DNA of 64,000 nucleotides from Escherichia coli (GTDB lineage Bacteria; Pseudomonadota; Gammaproteobacteria; Enterobacterales; Enterobacteriaceae): NCBI RefSeq assembly GCF_041886205.1, contig NZ_CP169029.1; one strand, 5' to 3'. Shown piece by piece: positions 43,653 to 56,009 of this stretch (position 1 is its first letter; each line of letters starts with the position of its first letter). The notes under the pieces were generated by a model. It saw only the letters and a program-made list of their open reading frames with translations, ran no database searches and was not told where the DNA came from. The position numbers and the translations under genes were made by a program.

Positions 43653-43912
43653 GTGAAGTGTCCCAGCCTGTTTATCTACGGCTTAAAAAGTGTTCGAGGG
43701 GAAAATAGGTTGCGCGAGATTATAGAGATCTGGCGCACTAAAAACCAGTATTTCACATGAGTCCGCGTCTTTTTACGCACTGCCTCTCCCTGACGCGGGA
43801 TAAAGTGGTATTCTCAAACATATCTCGCAAGCATGTCTTGTGTTGACAACATTTTCTGCTAACCCTGTGACCTGCAATACTGTTTTGCGGGTGATCGACA
43901 AGGAGACTTAAC

Positions 43913-45370
43913 GTGTCTGAACTGTCTCAATTATCTCCACAGCCGCTGTGGGATATTTTTGCCAAAATCTGTTCTATTCCTCACCCGTCCTATCATGAAG
44001 AGCAACTCGCTGAATACATTGTTGGTTGGGCAAAAGAGAAAGGTTTCCATGTCGAACGCGATCAGGTAGGTAATATCCTGATTCGTAAACCTGCTACCGC
44101 AGGTATGGAAAATCGTAAACCGGTCGTCTTACAGGCCCACCTCGATATGGTGCCGCAGAAAAATAACGACACCGTGCATGACTTCACGAAAGATCCTATC
44201 CAGCCTTATATTGATGGCGAATGGGTTAAAGCGCGCGGCACCACGCTGGGTGCGGATAACGGCATTGGTATGGCCTCTGCGCTGGCGGTTCTGGCTGACG
44301 AAAACGTGGTTCACGGCCCGCTGGAAGTGCTGCTGACCATGACCGAAGAAGCCGGTATGGACGGTGCGTTCGGCTTACAGAGCAACTGGTTGCAGGCTGA
44401 TATTCTGATTAACACCGACTCCGAAGAAGAAGGTGAAATCTACATGGGTTGCGCGGGGGGTATCGACTTCACCTCCAACCTGCATTTAGATCGTGAAGAG
44501 GTTCCAGCTGGTTTTGAAACCTTCAAGTTAACCTTAAAAGGTCTGAAAGGCGGTCACTCCGGCGGTGAAATCCACGTTGGCCTGGGTAATGCCAACAAAC
44601 TGCTGGTGCGCTTCCTGGCGGGTCATGCAGAAGAACTGGACCTGCGTCTTATTGATTTCAACGGCGGCACACTGCGTAACGCCATCCCGCGTGAAGCCTT
44701 TGCGACCATTGCTGTTGCAGCTGATAAAGTCGACGCCCTGAAATCTCTGGTGAATACCTATCAGGACATCCTGAAAAACGAGCTGGCAGAGAAAGAGAAG
44801 AATCTGGCCTTGTTGCTGGACTCTGTAGCGAACGATAAAGCTGCTCTGATTGCGAAATCTCGCGATACCTTTATTCGTCTGCTGAACGCCACCCCGAACG
44901 GTGTGATCCGCAACTCCGACGTGGCAAAAGGTGTGGTCGAAACCTCCCTGAACGTCGGTGTGGTGACCATGACTGACAATAACGTAGAAATTCACTGCCT
45001 GATCCGTTCTCTGATCGACAGCGGTAAAGACTACGTGGTGAGCATGCTGGATTCGCTGGGTAAACTGGCTGGCGCGAAAACCGAAGCGAAAGGCGCATAT
45101 CCTGGCTGGCAGCCGGACGCTAATTCTCCGGTGATGCATCTGGTACGTGAAACCTATCAGCGTCTGTTCAACAAGACGCCGAACATCCAGATTATCCACG
45201 CGGGCCTGGAATGTGGTCTGTTCAAAAAACCGTATCCGGAAATGGACATGGTTTCTATCGGGCCAACAATCACCGGTCCACACTCTCCGGATGAGCAAGT
45301 TCACATCGAAAGCGTAGGTCATTACTGGACACTGCTGACTGAACTGCTGAAAGAAATTCCGGCGAAGTAA
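43913..45370 (+). CDS. pepD: cytosol non-specific dipeptidase (M20 family), GTG start
   Basis: 485-aa ORF (M)SELSQLSPQPLWDIF...; SD AAGGAG upstream. Confidence 0.95.
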   Translation: MSELSQLSPQPLWDIFAKICSIPHPSYHEEQLAEYIVGWAKEKGFHVERDQVGNILIRKPATAGMENRKPVVLQAHLDMVPQKNNDTVHDFTKDPIQPYIDGEWVKARGTTLGADNGIGMASALAVLADENVVHGPLEVLLTMTEEAGMDGAFGLQSNWLQADILINTDSEEEGEIYMGCAGGIDFTSNLHLDREEVPAGFETFKLTLKGLKGGHSGGEIHVGLGNANKLLVRFLAGHAEELDLRLIDFNGGTLRNAIPREAFATIAVAADKVDALKSLVNTYQDILKNELAEKEKNLALLLDSVANDKAALIAKSRDTFIRLLNATPNGVIRNSDVAKGVVETSLNVGVVTMTDNNVEIHCLIRSLIDSGKDYVVSMLDSLGKLAGAKTEAKGAYPGWQPDANSPVMHLVRETYQRLFNKTPNIQIIHAGLECGLFKKPYPEMDMVSIGPTITGPHSPDEQVHIESVGHYWTLLTELLKEIPAK

Positions 45371-45384
45371 TTATTTGATTTGCT

Positions 45385-45412
45385 GCCGGATGGCGTTTAA
45401 TCGCCTTCCGGC
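45385..45412. terminator. bidirectional terminator-like hairpin between pepD and prfH
   Basis: GCCGGATGGCG-loop-CGCCTTCCGGC (one mismatch) between convergent stops. Confidence 0.5.
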
Positions 45413-45426
45413 AGTTTCATCCTTCA

Positions 45427-46041
45427 TTATCCTTCGATAAAAGCCATCCCTGTAAATGTCCGTCTCGGGTTGCCACGTTCAATCTGGTGATGGAACATTC
45501 GCCGCTGCGATTTCAGCACCGCGCTATTTTCCTGTTGCTGCTGCTCCAGCTTCCAGGCAATCAGCAATCGTGCCAGCCGCTTGTTAGCATGCTGACTACG
45601 CTCTGACTGAACCTTCACGCTAATACCGGATGCCAAATGCGTGGCGCGTACCGCCGAGTCGGTTTTATTGACATGTTGACCGCCCGGCCCCGACGAACGC
45701 AACGTCTCATAACGGATTGCATCCGATTGTTCCTGCTCATCAGCGGTAAAACGCCCAATGCCCAGAAACCAGTTTTTGCGCCCATGATGAGGCCGATACG
45801 GACTCGGACAAATCCACTGAATAGTGCCGCACCAACTTTCGCTTAATGCCCATGCGTTATCGCCATCCAGAGAAACCAGCGCTGAACGCAGCGTGTCAGA
45901 GTAGCGGCCCGTTTCGGTTTCCAGCACCGTTACCGCGACGTCTTGTCGGGCAGCTTCTTTAATTAGCCTGTCCAGCGCCTTTTTCACTGCGAGACAACAT
46001 TCTTCCGGCCCCTGCGCTGAGGAGAGTTGAAGCAAGATCAT
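45427..46041 (-). CDS. prfH: peptide chain release factor homologue PrfH (apparently intact)
   Basis: Start placed at ATG 46041 ([16 protein letters not shown]...), 204 aa with GGQ motif ([10 protein letters not shown]); ATGA overlap with upstream rtcB-like gene. Confidence 0.85.
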   Translation of the reverse strand: MILLQLSSAQGPEECCLAVKKALDRLIKEAARQDVAVTVLETETGRYSDTLRSALVSLDGDNAWALSESWCGTIQWICPSPYRPHHGRKNWFLGIGRFTADEQEQSDAIRYETLRSSGPGGQHVNKTDSAVRATHLASGISVKVQSERSQHANKRLARLLIAWKLEQQQQENSAVLKSQRRMFHHQIERGNPRRTFTGMAFIEG

Positions 46042-47204
46042 CCTTTTTTCCCTCCACTGTTTTTGAGCGTTAGCACCGGACGCAGCCGCGCGACAGGAAT
46101 AATTAAACCGGCCTGCACCAGACATTGCACCACGCTTTCAGCCGATTTATAGGCTTGTGGCGCTTCTTCAAAGATGAGTTGTTTATCGCGACAAATTACC
46201 CGACTGCCAAGTTCAGTACGCGAGAGTTGCGTCGCTGTGTATTTCGCTGCCAGACGCCCTTTACACTCGGTGCGCCCCCATTTACGCCCAGCCCCATGCG
46301 CCAGCGAGTGGAGCGTTTTTTCATTCGCAACAGGCTGTACAAGCCAGGAGTAATCACCGCGTGAACCGGGAATAATCACCAGACCGTTGTCATCCGGCGT
46401 GGCACCTTTACGATGCAACCAGCCCTGTTGATCGCCGATTTGACAGGCGCTAACAAAGTTATGCGCCACATCCAGAACCGGACTTCCGATAGCCTTAACT
46501 TGTTGCATTATGCGTAAAGCGATCAGCTGGCGATTAATACGCGCAAACGCCAGCGCATCGTCATGTTCCGCAATATACCGTAGCGTGTCGTCACTGCCTT
46601 CAGGCAAACCATGATGCGAAAACGAGGCAATATGCCGCTGTAAAATAGACTGCCCCAACCCCCGCGAGCCGCTATGAACCAACAGTTGCAGATGTTGTGC
46701 ATCCAGACCTGCCAGTGCAAACTGTTCAGCGTTGATGATTTGATCAACTTGTTGCAGTTCAGCGAAATGATTGCCGCCACCGATAGAGCCAAGCGAGCTG
46801 CGCCACGGATGCTGTGCAAATGCTGACGGCAGGTTTTCCTCCAGCCAGCTTTCTTCAGCAACGTCATCCAGATCTGATAATCGCTTTTCAAACTTATCGG
46901 CGTTGTATTTGCGAGCGAGAATATCTGTTTGCCATAGCGCCATGCCGCAGCCGATATCATTGCCGACCAGTGCCGGATAAAAACGGCCTGCGGAGAAGAA
47001 CGCTGCGCCAATCGGATAGCCGCGTCCGGGATGTAAATCTGGCATCCCCACTACGCGCTGCATGTTGGGTAAATTTGCCGTGGTGTGTAATTGTAGGATC
47101 GCTAAACTCTCGATCCACAGGTCATCAGATGCGATGGTAAATACCGCATCGGATAAGGGACGAATATAATTGCCCATATACCATTCCGTAAATAGACTCG
47201 TCAT
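46038..47204 (-). CDS. rtcB: RtcB-family RNA ligase homologue (apparently intact)
   Basis: 388-aa [22 protein letters not shown]...; RtcB-like by eye (from memory); translationally coupled to prfH. Confidence 0.8.
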   Translation of the reverse strand: MTSLFTEWYMGNYIRPLSDAVFTIASDDLWIESLAILQLHTTANLPNMQRVVGMPDLHPGRGYPIGAAFFSAGRFYPALVGNDIGCGMALWQTDILARKYNADKFEKRLSDLDDVAEESWLEENLPSAFAQHPWRSSLGSIGGGNHFAELQQVDQIINAEQFALAGLDAQHLQLLVHSGSRGLGQSILQRHIASFSHHGLPEGSDDTLRYIAEHDDALAFARINRQLIALRIMQQVKAIGSPVLDVAHNFVSACQIGDQQGWLHRKGATPDDNGLVIIPGSRGDYSWLVQPVANEKTLHSLAHGAGRKWGRTECKGRLAAKYTATQLSRTELGSRVICRDKQLIFEEAPQAYKSAESVVQCLVQAGLIIPVARLRPVLTLKNSGGKKG

Positions 47205-47422
47205 ACTTCAAGTTGCATGTGCTGCGACTTGAATTATTGAGAGTAACAATTAAAAAATCAGGAAATGGCAGACGAATCCAGGGCAAGAAAAAAAGAATTA
47301 ATCCTGGAAAGGTCTGCAAAGAGTCATTGATAAAGGATTTGTCATGATTTACCTCCTTGCAGTTTGTGGAATAAGAAAACGCGCACATATTAGGCGGGCG
47401 TTATTTTCATTGCAAGCTGGAT

Positions 47423-47875
47423 TTAATGTTGCGGTTTATAACGCATATAAAAATTAATAAACCACGCTCCCCGGCATTCAACGCGCTGCTGCTTAACTGT
47501 CTGAAAACCATAACGTTCAAAAAAGGGTTTTGCGGTTATGCTGGCGTCCACCGTAAGTTCGGATTCAGACTTAATCAAAGGTTTTAACAAAGCGCTGGCA
47601 ACCCCACGGCGGGTGTATTCAGGGTCAACAAATAACATATCGATATAATGTTCAATGCGGGAAATAAAACCAACCGGTTGTGCATTAATGACCGCAACCC
47701 ACACTTGTGATTTCGCGAGTTTCTCCTTCCAGCAAGATTCGTCAATCTGCGCCCAGGCGGCAATTTGTTGTGGAGAATAGTGCTGACTGGCGGTCATCGT
47801 AACCGCTCTAATAAAAATAGCGCATAGTTGCTGAAAATCGCCAGGCTGATAGTTTCTTATTTGTATGTTATTCAT
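47423..47875 (-). CDS. yafP: GNAT-family N-acetyltransferase
   Basis: 150-aa [24 protein letters not shown]...; start overlaps dinB stop (ATGA). Confidence 0.9.
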   Translation of the reverse strand: MNNIQIRNYQPGDFQQLCAIFIRAVTMTASQHYSPQQIAAWAQIDESCWKEKLAKSQVWVAVINAQPVGFISRIEHYIDMLFVDPEYTRRGVASALLKPLIKSESELTVDASITAKPFFERYGFQTVKQQRVECRGAWFINFYMRYKPQH

Positions 47876-48927
47876 AATCCCAGCACCAGTTGTCTTTCCA
47901 TTTGAGGGTCAAGCAACGTCACATGCAGCCCCACCAGTCGCACACCGCGCCCACCGCGGCGTTCATCCCAGGTTTTACGCGCGGTGGCGATTAAGTCAGC
48001 TTTATTCAGCCGCGGCCAGACATGCTCCTGGGTGGTTTGCTGAAAATCGTCGAACTTTAATTTCACCCCCTGGCGAGCAATCAGTAAATCAGGTTTTACC
48101 TTTGCCAGACGGCGTTCAAGTTCCGGATACAGCCGCTCGATAATCGCTTCACATTCAGACCAGTGATGAATATCTTCCGCCATCGTGCGTTCCACGCCGA
48201 CGGATTTTCGCAACCGTTCGCTGTTAACGTCGCGCTCGTCAATCCCCTGACTACGCTCCCACAAAATGCGGCCAAATTTGCCAAAGCGTTTAAGCAGCAT
48301 CACCAGATCACACTTTTGTACATCACCGCAGGTCCGCAGCCCCATCGCTTCCAGCTTCGCCGCTGAGACTTTGCCAACACCGGGAATTTTTGCCAGCGGT
48401 AAGGTTTGCAGAAATGCCGGAACTTCCGCCGGAGTAATCACAAACTGGCCGTTGGGTTTATTCATGTCGGAGGCGATTTTGGCGAGAAACTTTACTGGTG
48501 CCACGCCCGCAGACGCCGTCAGTTGTAGCTCGTTGAAAATCGTCTGGCGGATTTCCTGGGCGATGAGGGTCGCAGAACCGTGGCAATGGACGCTGTCGGT
48601 GACATCGAGATAGGCTTCATCCAGTGACAACGGTTCAATGCGCGAGGTGTAGCGCGAGAAGATTTCACGGATATGATTTGAGGCTTCTTTGTAGGCGTCA
48701 AAGCGCCCCGGAAGCAAGGTGAGATATGGGCATAATTTGAGCGCCATCCCTGTCGGCATAGCGCTACGTACGCCAAATTTACGCGCGGGGTAATTGGCGG
48801 TGCTGATCACCCCCCGACGTTCACGGCTGCCGCCAATAGCAATAGGGATATCGCGCAGGGCGGGATTGTCGCGCATCTCCACTGCGGCGAAAAAGCAGTC
48901 CATATCCACATGAATGATTTTACGCAT
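47872..48927 (-). CDS. dinB: DNA polymerase IV (Y-family)
   Basis: 351-aa [29 protein letters not shown]... Confidence 0.96.
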   Translation of the reverse strand: MRKIIHVDMDCFFAAVEMRDNPALRDIPIAIGGSRERRGVISTANYPARKFGVRSAMPTGMALKLCPYLTLLPGRFDAYKEASNHIREIFSRYTSRIEPLSLDEAYLDVTDSVHCHGSATLIAQEIRQTIFNELQLTASAGVAPVKFLAKIASDMNKPNGQFVITPAEVPAFLQTLPLAKIPGVGKVSAAKLEAMGLRTCGDVQKCDLVMLLKRFGKFGRILWERSQGIDERDVNSERLRKSVGVERTMAEDIHHWSECEAIIERLYPELERRLAKVKPDLLIARQGVKLKFDDFQQTTQEHVWPRLNKADLIATARKTWDERRGGRGVRLVGLHVTLLDPQMERQLVLGL

Positions 48928-48941
48928 TGCTCACCTCTCAA

Positions 48942-48961
48942 CACTGGTAAAGTATACAGTG
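48942..48961 (-). promoter_or_regulatory. LexA (SOS) box upstream of dinB
   Basis: Minus-strand CACTGTATACTTTACCAGTG contains CTGT-N8-CCAG, immediately upstream of the dinB start. Confidence 0.7.
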
Positions 48962-48997
48962 ATTTCAGGGTTTGAGAAATGCGTAAAGATTCAGCAT

Positions 48998-49690
48998 TTA
49001 ACGCGTTCGCTGCGAAAGCACCTGCTGCTTATCCAGCTTTTGCACCAGCGGCTGCACCACCTTATCCCCATGCTGACCAAAGTATTGATACAGCGTATCG
49101 GACGCACTTTTGGTCAGCACCATAATCTCAATGCGTCGGTTGCCCGCGCTTTGCGGATTTTTGGAATCCAGCAGCATCTGGTCCGCCATCGCGCTCACCT
49201 GCATCACTTTATCTTCCGGCATTCCTGCCTCTTCCAGCACCCGACGAGCCGAAAGCGCGCGGTCACCCGAAAGGTTCCAGTTGTTGTAGATATTATTTTT
49301 GTAGGCCATCGCATCGGTATGCCCGGTAATAATAATTTTGTTATCGAGCGAGTCGAAAACTGGCGCGAGCTCCACCAGCAGCGTTTTAAAGAACGGCATA
49401 ATCTGCGCGCTACCGCGTTCGAACATATTGCGATTCTGGTCGTCTTTAATCAGCACGCGTAATCCCTGCGGGACAATCTCCATCTCCAGATTCGCTTCCA
49501 TATGCGCATCACGGGCAATGGTGTTGATACTGGTTGCCAGCTCGCCAAGCTCGGTGGCGGATTTCATCTTCAGCAGCGCCGTTTTCTCGTTGACGTCGCG
49601 CGCTTTTTTCTCCGTCTCTTCCGGCACCGCCACGGTGGCAGGTTTTGGCGGATGAGACGGGCTGATTTTATTTAACGGCGACAACCCGCC
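48998..49690 (-). pseudogene. lafU: Flag-2 remnant: MotB-like lafU, 5'-truncated (upper boundary approximate)
   Basis: C-terminal OmpA-like domain (IIITGHTDA..., NRRIEIMVL); no N-terminal TM segment; overlaps the lfhA-fragment frame at a deletion junction. Confidence 0.7.
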
Positions 49691-49760
49691 GCCATTGAAA
49701 ATCGACTGCCCGTGCAGCGCGGCGATAATGCTTTCACGCTCGGATTTACTGACGCTGTTG

Positions 49761-51467
49761 ACAATCAACTTTATCGTCGTCACCAAAGGGGCCGAGCGTA
49801 TTTCCGAGGTTTCTGCCCGCTTTACCCTGGACGCGATGCCCGGTAAGCAGATGGCGATTGATGCCGATCTTAACGCCGGATTGATCAACCAGGCGCAGGC
49901 GCAATCCCGGCGTAAAGATGTTGCCAGCGAGGCCGATTTCTACGGCGCGATGGACGGGGCATCGAAGTTTGTGCGCGGAGACGCCATCGCCGGGATGATG
50001 ATTCTGGCGATCAACCTGATCGGCGGCGTCTGTATCGGCATCTTCAAATACAACCTGAGCGCCGACGCCGCCTTCCAGCAATACGTGCTGATGACCATCG
50101 GCGACGGCCTGGTGGCGCAGATCCCTTCCCTGCTGCTCTCCACCGCGGCGGCGATTATTGTCACCCGCGTCAGCGACAACGGCGATATTGCCCATGACGT
50201 GCGCCACCAGCTGCTGGCAAGCCCGTCGGTGCTCTACACCGCTACCGGGATTATGTTTGTGCTGGCGGTGGTGCCGGGGATGCCGCACCTGCCGTTTTTG
50301 CTGTTCAGCGCCCTGCTTGGCTTTACCGGCTGGCGGATGAGCAAGCGCCCACAGGCGGCGGAGGCGGAAGAGAAAAGCCTCGAAACGCTGACCCGCACCA
50401 TCACTGAAACCAGTGAGCAACAGGTCAGTTGGGAGACGATACCGCTGATCGAGCCCATCAGCTTAAGCCTGGGCTACAAGCTGGTAGCGCTGGTGGATAA
50501 AGCCCAGGGCAACCCGCTCACCCAGCGAATTCGCGGCGTGCGGCAGGTGATTTCTGACGGTAACGGCGTGCTGCTGCCTGAGATCCGCATTCGGGAAAAC
50601 TTCCGCCTCAAGCCCAGCCAGTACGCTATTTTCATCAACGGCATTAAGGCTGATGAAGCGGATATTCCGGCGGATAAACTGATGGCCCTGCCCTCCAGCG
50701 AAACCTACGGCGAGATTGACGGCGTGCTGGGGAACGACCCGGCGTACGGAATGCCGGTCACCTGGATCCAGCCCGCACAGAAAGCGAAGGCGCTGAATAT
50801 GGGGTATCAGGTGATCGACAGCGCCAGCGTGATTGCCACGCATGTGAATAAGATTGTGCGTAGCTATATTCCTGATTTATTTAACTATGACGATATTACG
50901 CAGTTGCATAACCGTTTGTCGTCGATGGCACCGCGCCTGGCGGAAGATTTAAGCGCGGCGCTGAATTACAGCCAGTTGCTGAAAGTGTACCGCGCGCTGC
51001 TGACCGAAGGCGTTTCCCTGCGCGATATCGTCACCATTGCCACCGTGCTGGTCGCCAGTAGCGCGGTGACCAAAGATCATATTCTGCTGGCAGCTGATGT
51101 GCGCCTGGCGCTGCGGCGAAGCATTACCCATCCGTTCGTTCGCAAGCAGGAGCTGACGGTGTATACGCTGAATAATGAGCTGGAAAATCTGCTGACCAAC
51201 GTGGTGAATCAGGCGCAACAGGGCGGGAAAGTGATGCTCGACAGCGTGCCGGTCGATCCGAATATGCTCAACCAGTTCCAGAGTACGATGCCGCAGGTAA
51301 AAGAGCAGATGAAAGCGGCGGGGAAAGATCCGGTGCTGCTGGTGCCGCCTCAGCTGCGCCCTTTGCTGGCGCGTTATGCAAGGTTGTTTGCGCCGGGGCT
51401 GCATGTGCTGTCGTATAACGAAGTGCCGGACGAGCTGGAGTTGAAGATAATGGGGGCGTTGATGTAA
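49761..51467 (+). pseudogene. lfhA: Flag-2 remnant: FlhA-like lfhA, 5'-truncated (lower boundary approximate)
   Basis: Homology to FlhA begins at INFIVVTKGAERISEVSARFTLDAMPGKQMAIDADLNAGLI; N-terminal membrane domain missing. Confidence 0.75.
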
Positions 51468-51488
51468 GTATCCGGCATTGGTGCACAA

Positions 51489-51775
<287 letters not shown>

Positions 51776-51784
51776 TGCGCATAA

Positions 51785-52282
51785 TTATAAAATGATACGC
51801 TCGCCAGCATTTATATCCGTTACGTCCCCCGCCCAATCGATGGGATATAACCCTCGCGCGACATCGCGATGGAACGTTGAGAATGGCCAATCACTCACTT
51901 GCTTTACCCAACCATGCTTTACTGGATTTATATAAATATAATCAACATGATGCCTATAATCTTTGGTATTGCGGATGGCGTGCTCCCAAAAACGTGGTTG
52001 CCAGATATTTTTCAATCCACAAGCATGGGTAAATTGCTTTTTAATTTCCCGCCAGCGCGAGGAAAAATCATCATCGCCTTCAGGTAATGTCCAGATACAG
52101 TGCATATGCTCTGGCAAAACGACCCAGGCGTTGATTTCAAAAGGCCTGTCTCGCTTAACTTTAATAATGGCGTGACGGAGCATCTGGTACTGGGTGGTCA
52201 AGAGTTGGCTTCGACGATTGCGTAAATTCACCGTGAAAAACCAGGTTCCCCCCTTGATGTAATAACGACGATATTCAGACAT
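51785..52282 (-). CDS. rayT: REP-associated tyrosine transposase (RayT/TnpA-REP)
   Basis: 165-aa ORF MSEYRRYYIKGGTWFFTVNL... flanked on both sides by REP elements. Confidence 0.85.
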   Translation of the reverse strand: MSEYRRYYIKGGTWFFTVNLRNRRSQLLTTQYQMLRHAIIKVKRDRPFEINAWVVLPEHMHCIWTLPEGDDDFSSRWREIKKQFTHACGLKNIWQPRFWEHAIRNTKDYRHHVDYIYINPVKHGWVKQVSDWPFSTFHRDVARGLYPIDWAGDVTDINAGERIIL

Positions 52283-52376
52283 GGCGACTCCTTTTTCTCA
52301 ACGGTAAGAAGAAAAGGAAAGGTCGGTAATGAGGTGATGGAATAACAGGAAAGCGGCTCGCAAAAACGCACAGATT

Positions 52377-53216
<840 letters not shown>

Positions 53217-53507
53217 AAACCGGCTGAATGAAGGTGAGAATTTTAAAAGACCGGAGGAGTAAACGGGATTATTAATTGCTTATTTGCATATTACTATTGA
53301 GGTTTCATAATCTTAGGAAATAAATGATACATGCGCTTTTCGGACTATTGAAAACTGCCCCTGTGCTAAATTTGTAAACCCAGCGCCGACAGGCTTGCGT
53401 AAAACTCTTTTGGTGATAATGTGAGCCTTCCAAATCCAGACTATTCCGATTTGGGATCCATTTTGCCGTCCTGGCGTGTGTAACCGTTTTATCAAGGAAT
53501 AAGCAGT

Positions 53508-54248
53508 ATGCGTAAAATCGCATTAATTCTTGCGATGTTGTTGATCCCGTGCGTTTCGTTTGCCGGTTTGCTGGGCAGCAGTAGCTCGACCACGCCAGTG
53601 AGCAAAGAGTATAAGCAGCAGTTGATGGGATCCCCTGTCTACATCCAGATCTTCAAGGAAGAACGTACGCTCGATCTCTACGTCAAAATGGGCGAGCAAT
53701 ATCAACTGCTCGACAGCTATAAAATCTGTAAATATTCCGGCGGCTTAGGGCCAAAACAGCGTCAGGGCGATTTCAAAAGCCCGGAAGGGTTTTATAGCGT
53801 CCAGCGTAATCAGTTAAAACCAGACAGCCGTTACTACAAAGCGATTAATATTGGTTTCCCCAATGCCTATGACCGTGCGCATGGTTATGAAGGGAAATAC
53901 CTGATGATCCACGGCGATTGTGTTTCCATCGGCTGCTACGCAATGACCAATCAGGGTATTGATGAGATCTTCCAGTTCGTTACTGGTGCGCTGGTGTTTG
54001 GTCAGCCGAGCGTGCAAGTGAGTATTTACCCGTTCCGCATGACCGACGCCAATATGAAGCGCCATAAATATTCCAACTTTAAGGACTTCTGGGAGCAACT
54101 GAAGCCGGGTTACGACTACTTTGAGCAAACCCGTAAGCCACCGACCGTTTCTGTGGTCAATGGTCGTTACGTGGTCAGCAAGCCGTTAAGCCACGAAGTT
54201 GTGCAGCCACAACTGGCATCAAACTACACGCTCCCCGAGGCAAAATAA
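53508..54248 (+). CDS. yafK: L,D-transpeptidase-family protein
   Basis: 246-aa ORF with signal peptide; YkuD-like [12 protein letters not shown] motif. Confidence 0.9.
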   Translation: MRKIALILAMLLIPCVSFAGLLGSSSSTTPVSKEYKQQLMGSPVYIQIFKEERTLDLYVKMGEQYQLLDSYKICKYSGGLGPKQRQGDFKSPEGFYSVQRNQLKPDSRYYKAINIGFPNAYDRAHGYEGKYLMIHGDCVSIGCYAMTNQGIDEIFQFVTGALVFGQPSVQVSIYPFRMTDANMKRHKYSNFKDFWEQLKPGYDYFEQTRKPPTVSVVNGRYVVSKPLSHEVVQPQLASNYTLPEAK

Positions 54249-54986
54249 GCGCCATTCGCCTGGCATAATCTTTTGCCAGGTTTCATTGCCCGTCAGCGGC
54301 TGTGTTGCAATCACCGTGACCACATCATTCGGTGTGGTCTGCGAGCTGAAGTCGATTTCCACATCCTGATCCAGCAACGTTGCCACGCCAAACGGCGCGC
54401 GGCGGGTGATCCAGTGTAAATTAGTCGAGCAATACGCCATTACATAGCGCCCGTCAGAAAGCAGCATATTGAAAACGCCCTTCTGCCGCAGTTCATCCGC
54501 CAGTGAGGCGATATATTTAAACACTGCCGCCATGTTGCCCGGTGTACGCGGGTAACGCTGCGTTAATTTATGCAGCAGCCAGCAGAAGGCTTTTTCGCTG
54601 TCGGTTTCGCCTACCGGGCGGAAGTTGCCGGTTTCCAGTAATTTGTAGCCCGTCAGTTGTCCGTTATGGGCATAAGTCCAGTTACGCCCCCATAACTCGC
54701 GGGTAAATGGGTGAGTATTTTCCAGCGCCACCTCGCCCCGATTAGCCTGGCGAATATGAGCCACCACCGAACAGGATTTTATCGGGTAGTCCTGGACAAG
54801 TTTGGCGATGGGGGAATTAAAGCTGGGTTGTGGATCTTTAAATGTGCGACAGCCTTTACCTTCGTAAAAGGTAATGCCCCAGCCATCTTTATGTGGCCCG
54901 GTTCCACCACCACGCTGTACAAGTCCGGTGAAACTAAAGCAGATATCGGTAGGGACGTTGGCGCTCATCCCGAGCAATTCGCACAT
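54219..54986 (-). CDS. yafJ: class II glutamine amidotransferase-like protein
   Basis: Start placed at ATG 54986 ([14 protein letters not shown]..., N-terminal Cys after Met); 255 aa. Confidence 0.9.
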   Translation of the reverse strand: MCELLGMSANVPTDICFSFTGLVQRGGGTGPHKDGWGITFYEGKGCRTFKDPQPSFNSPIAKLVQDYPIKSCSVVAHIRQANRGEVALENTHPFTRELWGRNWTYAHNGQLTGYKLLETGNFRPVGETDSEKAFCWLLHKLTQRYPRTPGNMAAVFKYIASLADELRQKGVFNMLLSDGRYVMAYCSTNLHWITRRAPFGVATLLDQDVEIDFSSQTTPNDVVTVIATQPLTGNETWQKIMPGEWRLFCLGERVV

Positions 54987-55050
54987 GGGTAACCTCCACA
55001 ACAGCGGGAGCGCATGGCCCCCGGCGAAGATTGATTTAAGAATTTTCAGG

Positions 55051-55184
<134 letters not shown>

Positions 55185-55191
55185 GCCAGAC

Positions 55192-55770
55192 TTACTTAAC
55201 CATCTCTTTTTCAATTAACTGGATCAGGATATGGATCACTTTAATGTGAATCTCCTGAATGCGGTCGGCATAACCAAAGTGCGGTACGCGAATTTCGATA
55301 TCCGCCGTGCCAGCCATTTTGCCGCCGTCTTTACCGGTCAGGGTGATCACTTTCATCCCCTTCTCACGCGCCGCTGCGATCGCTTTGATCACGTTTGCAG
55401 AGTTACCGGAGGTGGAGATCCCCAGCAGTACATCGCCTTCGCGACCTACCGCTTCAACGTAGCGGGAGAAAATATCATTGAAACCGAAATCATTACCGAC
55501 GCAGGAAATATGACTAACGTCAGAAATAGCAATCGCCGGGTAGCCCGGACGGTTTTCACGGTAGCGACCGGTCAACTCTTCGGCAAAGTGCATAGCGTCG
55601 CAATGGGAACCGCCGTTGCCGCAGGAAAGCACTTTGCCACCGGCTTTAAAGCTGTCTGCTAACAGGACCGCCGCGCGCTGAATGGCGTGAATATTGGCGT
55701 CATCTTTTAAAAAGTTAGCCAGCGTTTCCGCCGCTTCGTTCAGTTCGTTACGAATAAGATCCTGGTACAT
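55192..55770 (-). CDS. gmhA: sedoheptulose 7-phosphate isomerase
   Basis: Start placed at ATG 55770 ([17 protein letters not shown]...), 192 aa, SIS domain. Confidence 0.95.
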
Positions 55771-55971
55771 GAGGATATCCTTCAGCATAAATGTAATAGA
55801 CAAAATGCAGTGTACCGGATACCGCCAAAAGCGAGAAGTACGGGCAGGTGCTATGACCAGGACTTTTTGACCTGAAGTGCGGATAAAAACAGCAACAATG
55901 TGAGCTTTGTTGTAATTATATTGTAAACACATTGCTAAATGTTTTTACATCCACTACAACCATATCATCAC

Positions 55972-55988
55972 AAGTGGTCAGACCTCCT
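55972..55988 (+). promoter_or_regulatory. FadR operator candidate upstream of fadE
   Basis: AAGTGGTCAGACCTCCT resembles the FadR consensus (AACTGGTCNGACCNGTT), about 25 nt upstream of the fadE start. Confidence 0.6.
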
Positions 55989-56009
55989 ACAAGTAAGGGG
56001 CTTTTCGTT

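Noticed and set aside
47125-47388. 87-aa minus-strand ORF between yafP and the rtcB-like gene
   Set aside because: Overlaps the rtcB-like start region, has no SD and no recognisable features; most likely promoter/leader sequence.
49695-49888. Treating the full track ORFs 48998..49888 and 49695..51467 as intact overlapping genes
   Set aside because: Homology to MotB and FlhA begins well inside each ORF and both lack N-terminal membrane domains; the overlap is a by-product of open frames running across a deletion junction.
53305-53523. 72-aa minus-strand ORF in the yafL-yafK interval as a toxin or antitoxin gene
   Set aside because: No similarity by eye to DinJ/YafQ-type proteins, overlaps the yafK start and promoter, arginine/lysine-rich low-complexity translation.
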